The notes beneath the pieces were generated by a model. The model was not told where the DNA came from, ran no database searches, and saw only the letters and a program-made list of their open reading frames with translations. A stretch of 64,000 bases of DNA from Laetmonice hystrix (taxonomy: Eukaryota), in NCBI GenBank assembly GCA_965235115.1, contig OZ249453.1, positions 17,050,001 to 17,114,000 of the forward strand. The letters are read 5' to 3'. Both the position numbers and the translations under genes were made by a program. Shown here in pieces: positions 63,496-64,000 of the stretch (its first letter is position 1; every line of letters starts with the position of its first letter).

Positions 63496-64000
63496 CCGGA
63501 ACAATCAGAAATATGCCGTACCGCTACCCTTGTCGGTCTGCTCCCTGTAGAGTTGTCATGGATACAGAGAACAGCTGCCGGAACAATCAGAAATATACCG
63601 TACCGCTACCCTTATCGGTCTGCTCCCTGTAGAGTTGTCATGGATACAGAGAACAGCTGCCGGAACAATCAGAAATATACCGTACCGCTACCCTTGTCGG
63701 TCTGCTCCCTGTAGAGTTGTCATGGATACAGAGAACAGCTGCCGGAACAATCAGAAATATACCGTACCGCTACCCTTGTCGGTCTGCTCCCTGTAGAGTT
63801 GTCATGGATACAGAGAACAGCTGCCGGAACAATCAGAAATATACCGTACCGCCACCCTTGTCGGTCTGCTCCCTGTAGAGTTGTCATGGATACAGAGAAC
63901 AGCTGCCGGAACAATCAGAAATATACCGTACCGCTACCCTTGTCGGTCTGCTCCCTGTAGAGTTGTCATGGATACAGAGAACAGCTGCCGGAACAATCAG
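63496..64000. repeat. Minisatellite, 82-bp unit, at least 6 copies, truncated by the window end
   Basis: CCGGAACAATCAG at 63496, 63578, ...; each unit contains GTTGTCATGGATAC. Confidence 0.98.

Noticed and set aside
4706-64000. Repeat arrays as CRISPR loci
   Set aside because: Units are contiguous with no unique spacers, no cas genes are present, and the context is eukaryotic.

Overview
Metazoan (probably invertebrate bilaterian) genomic DNA, gene-poor and apparently intronic/intergenic, with one 594-bp assembly gap (23397-23990). About 18-19 kb (~29%) is occupied by roughly 20 mutually unrelated minisatellite arrays (periods 15-102 bp); these generate nearly all long ORFs in the supplied track. 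No intact protein-coding gene, RNA gene, CRISPR array or autonomous transposon can be supported. The most notable signal is a frameshifted NADAR (YbiA-family) domain pseudogene at ~14828-16013 (+), recognised by manual three-frame reading; a 39/45-bp minisatellite has expanded in frame inside it. Other points: a 42-bp minisatellite whose monomer reads like a C2H2 zinc-finger linker on one strand and a Rel/NF-kB-like site on the other; an 82-bp array multimerising an RFX X-box; higher-order repeat structure in several arrays; several MITE/TIR elements; many CTCF-like and X-box motifs from 37 kb onward; a CRE/GC/CCAAT promoter-like segment at ~50.7 kb; and a few low-confidence candidate exons. 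All homology calls are by eye and need HMM/BLAST confirmation.
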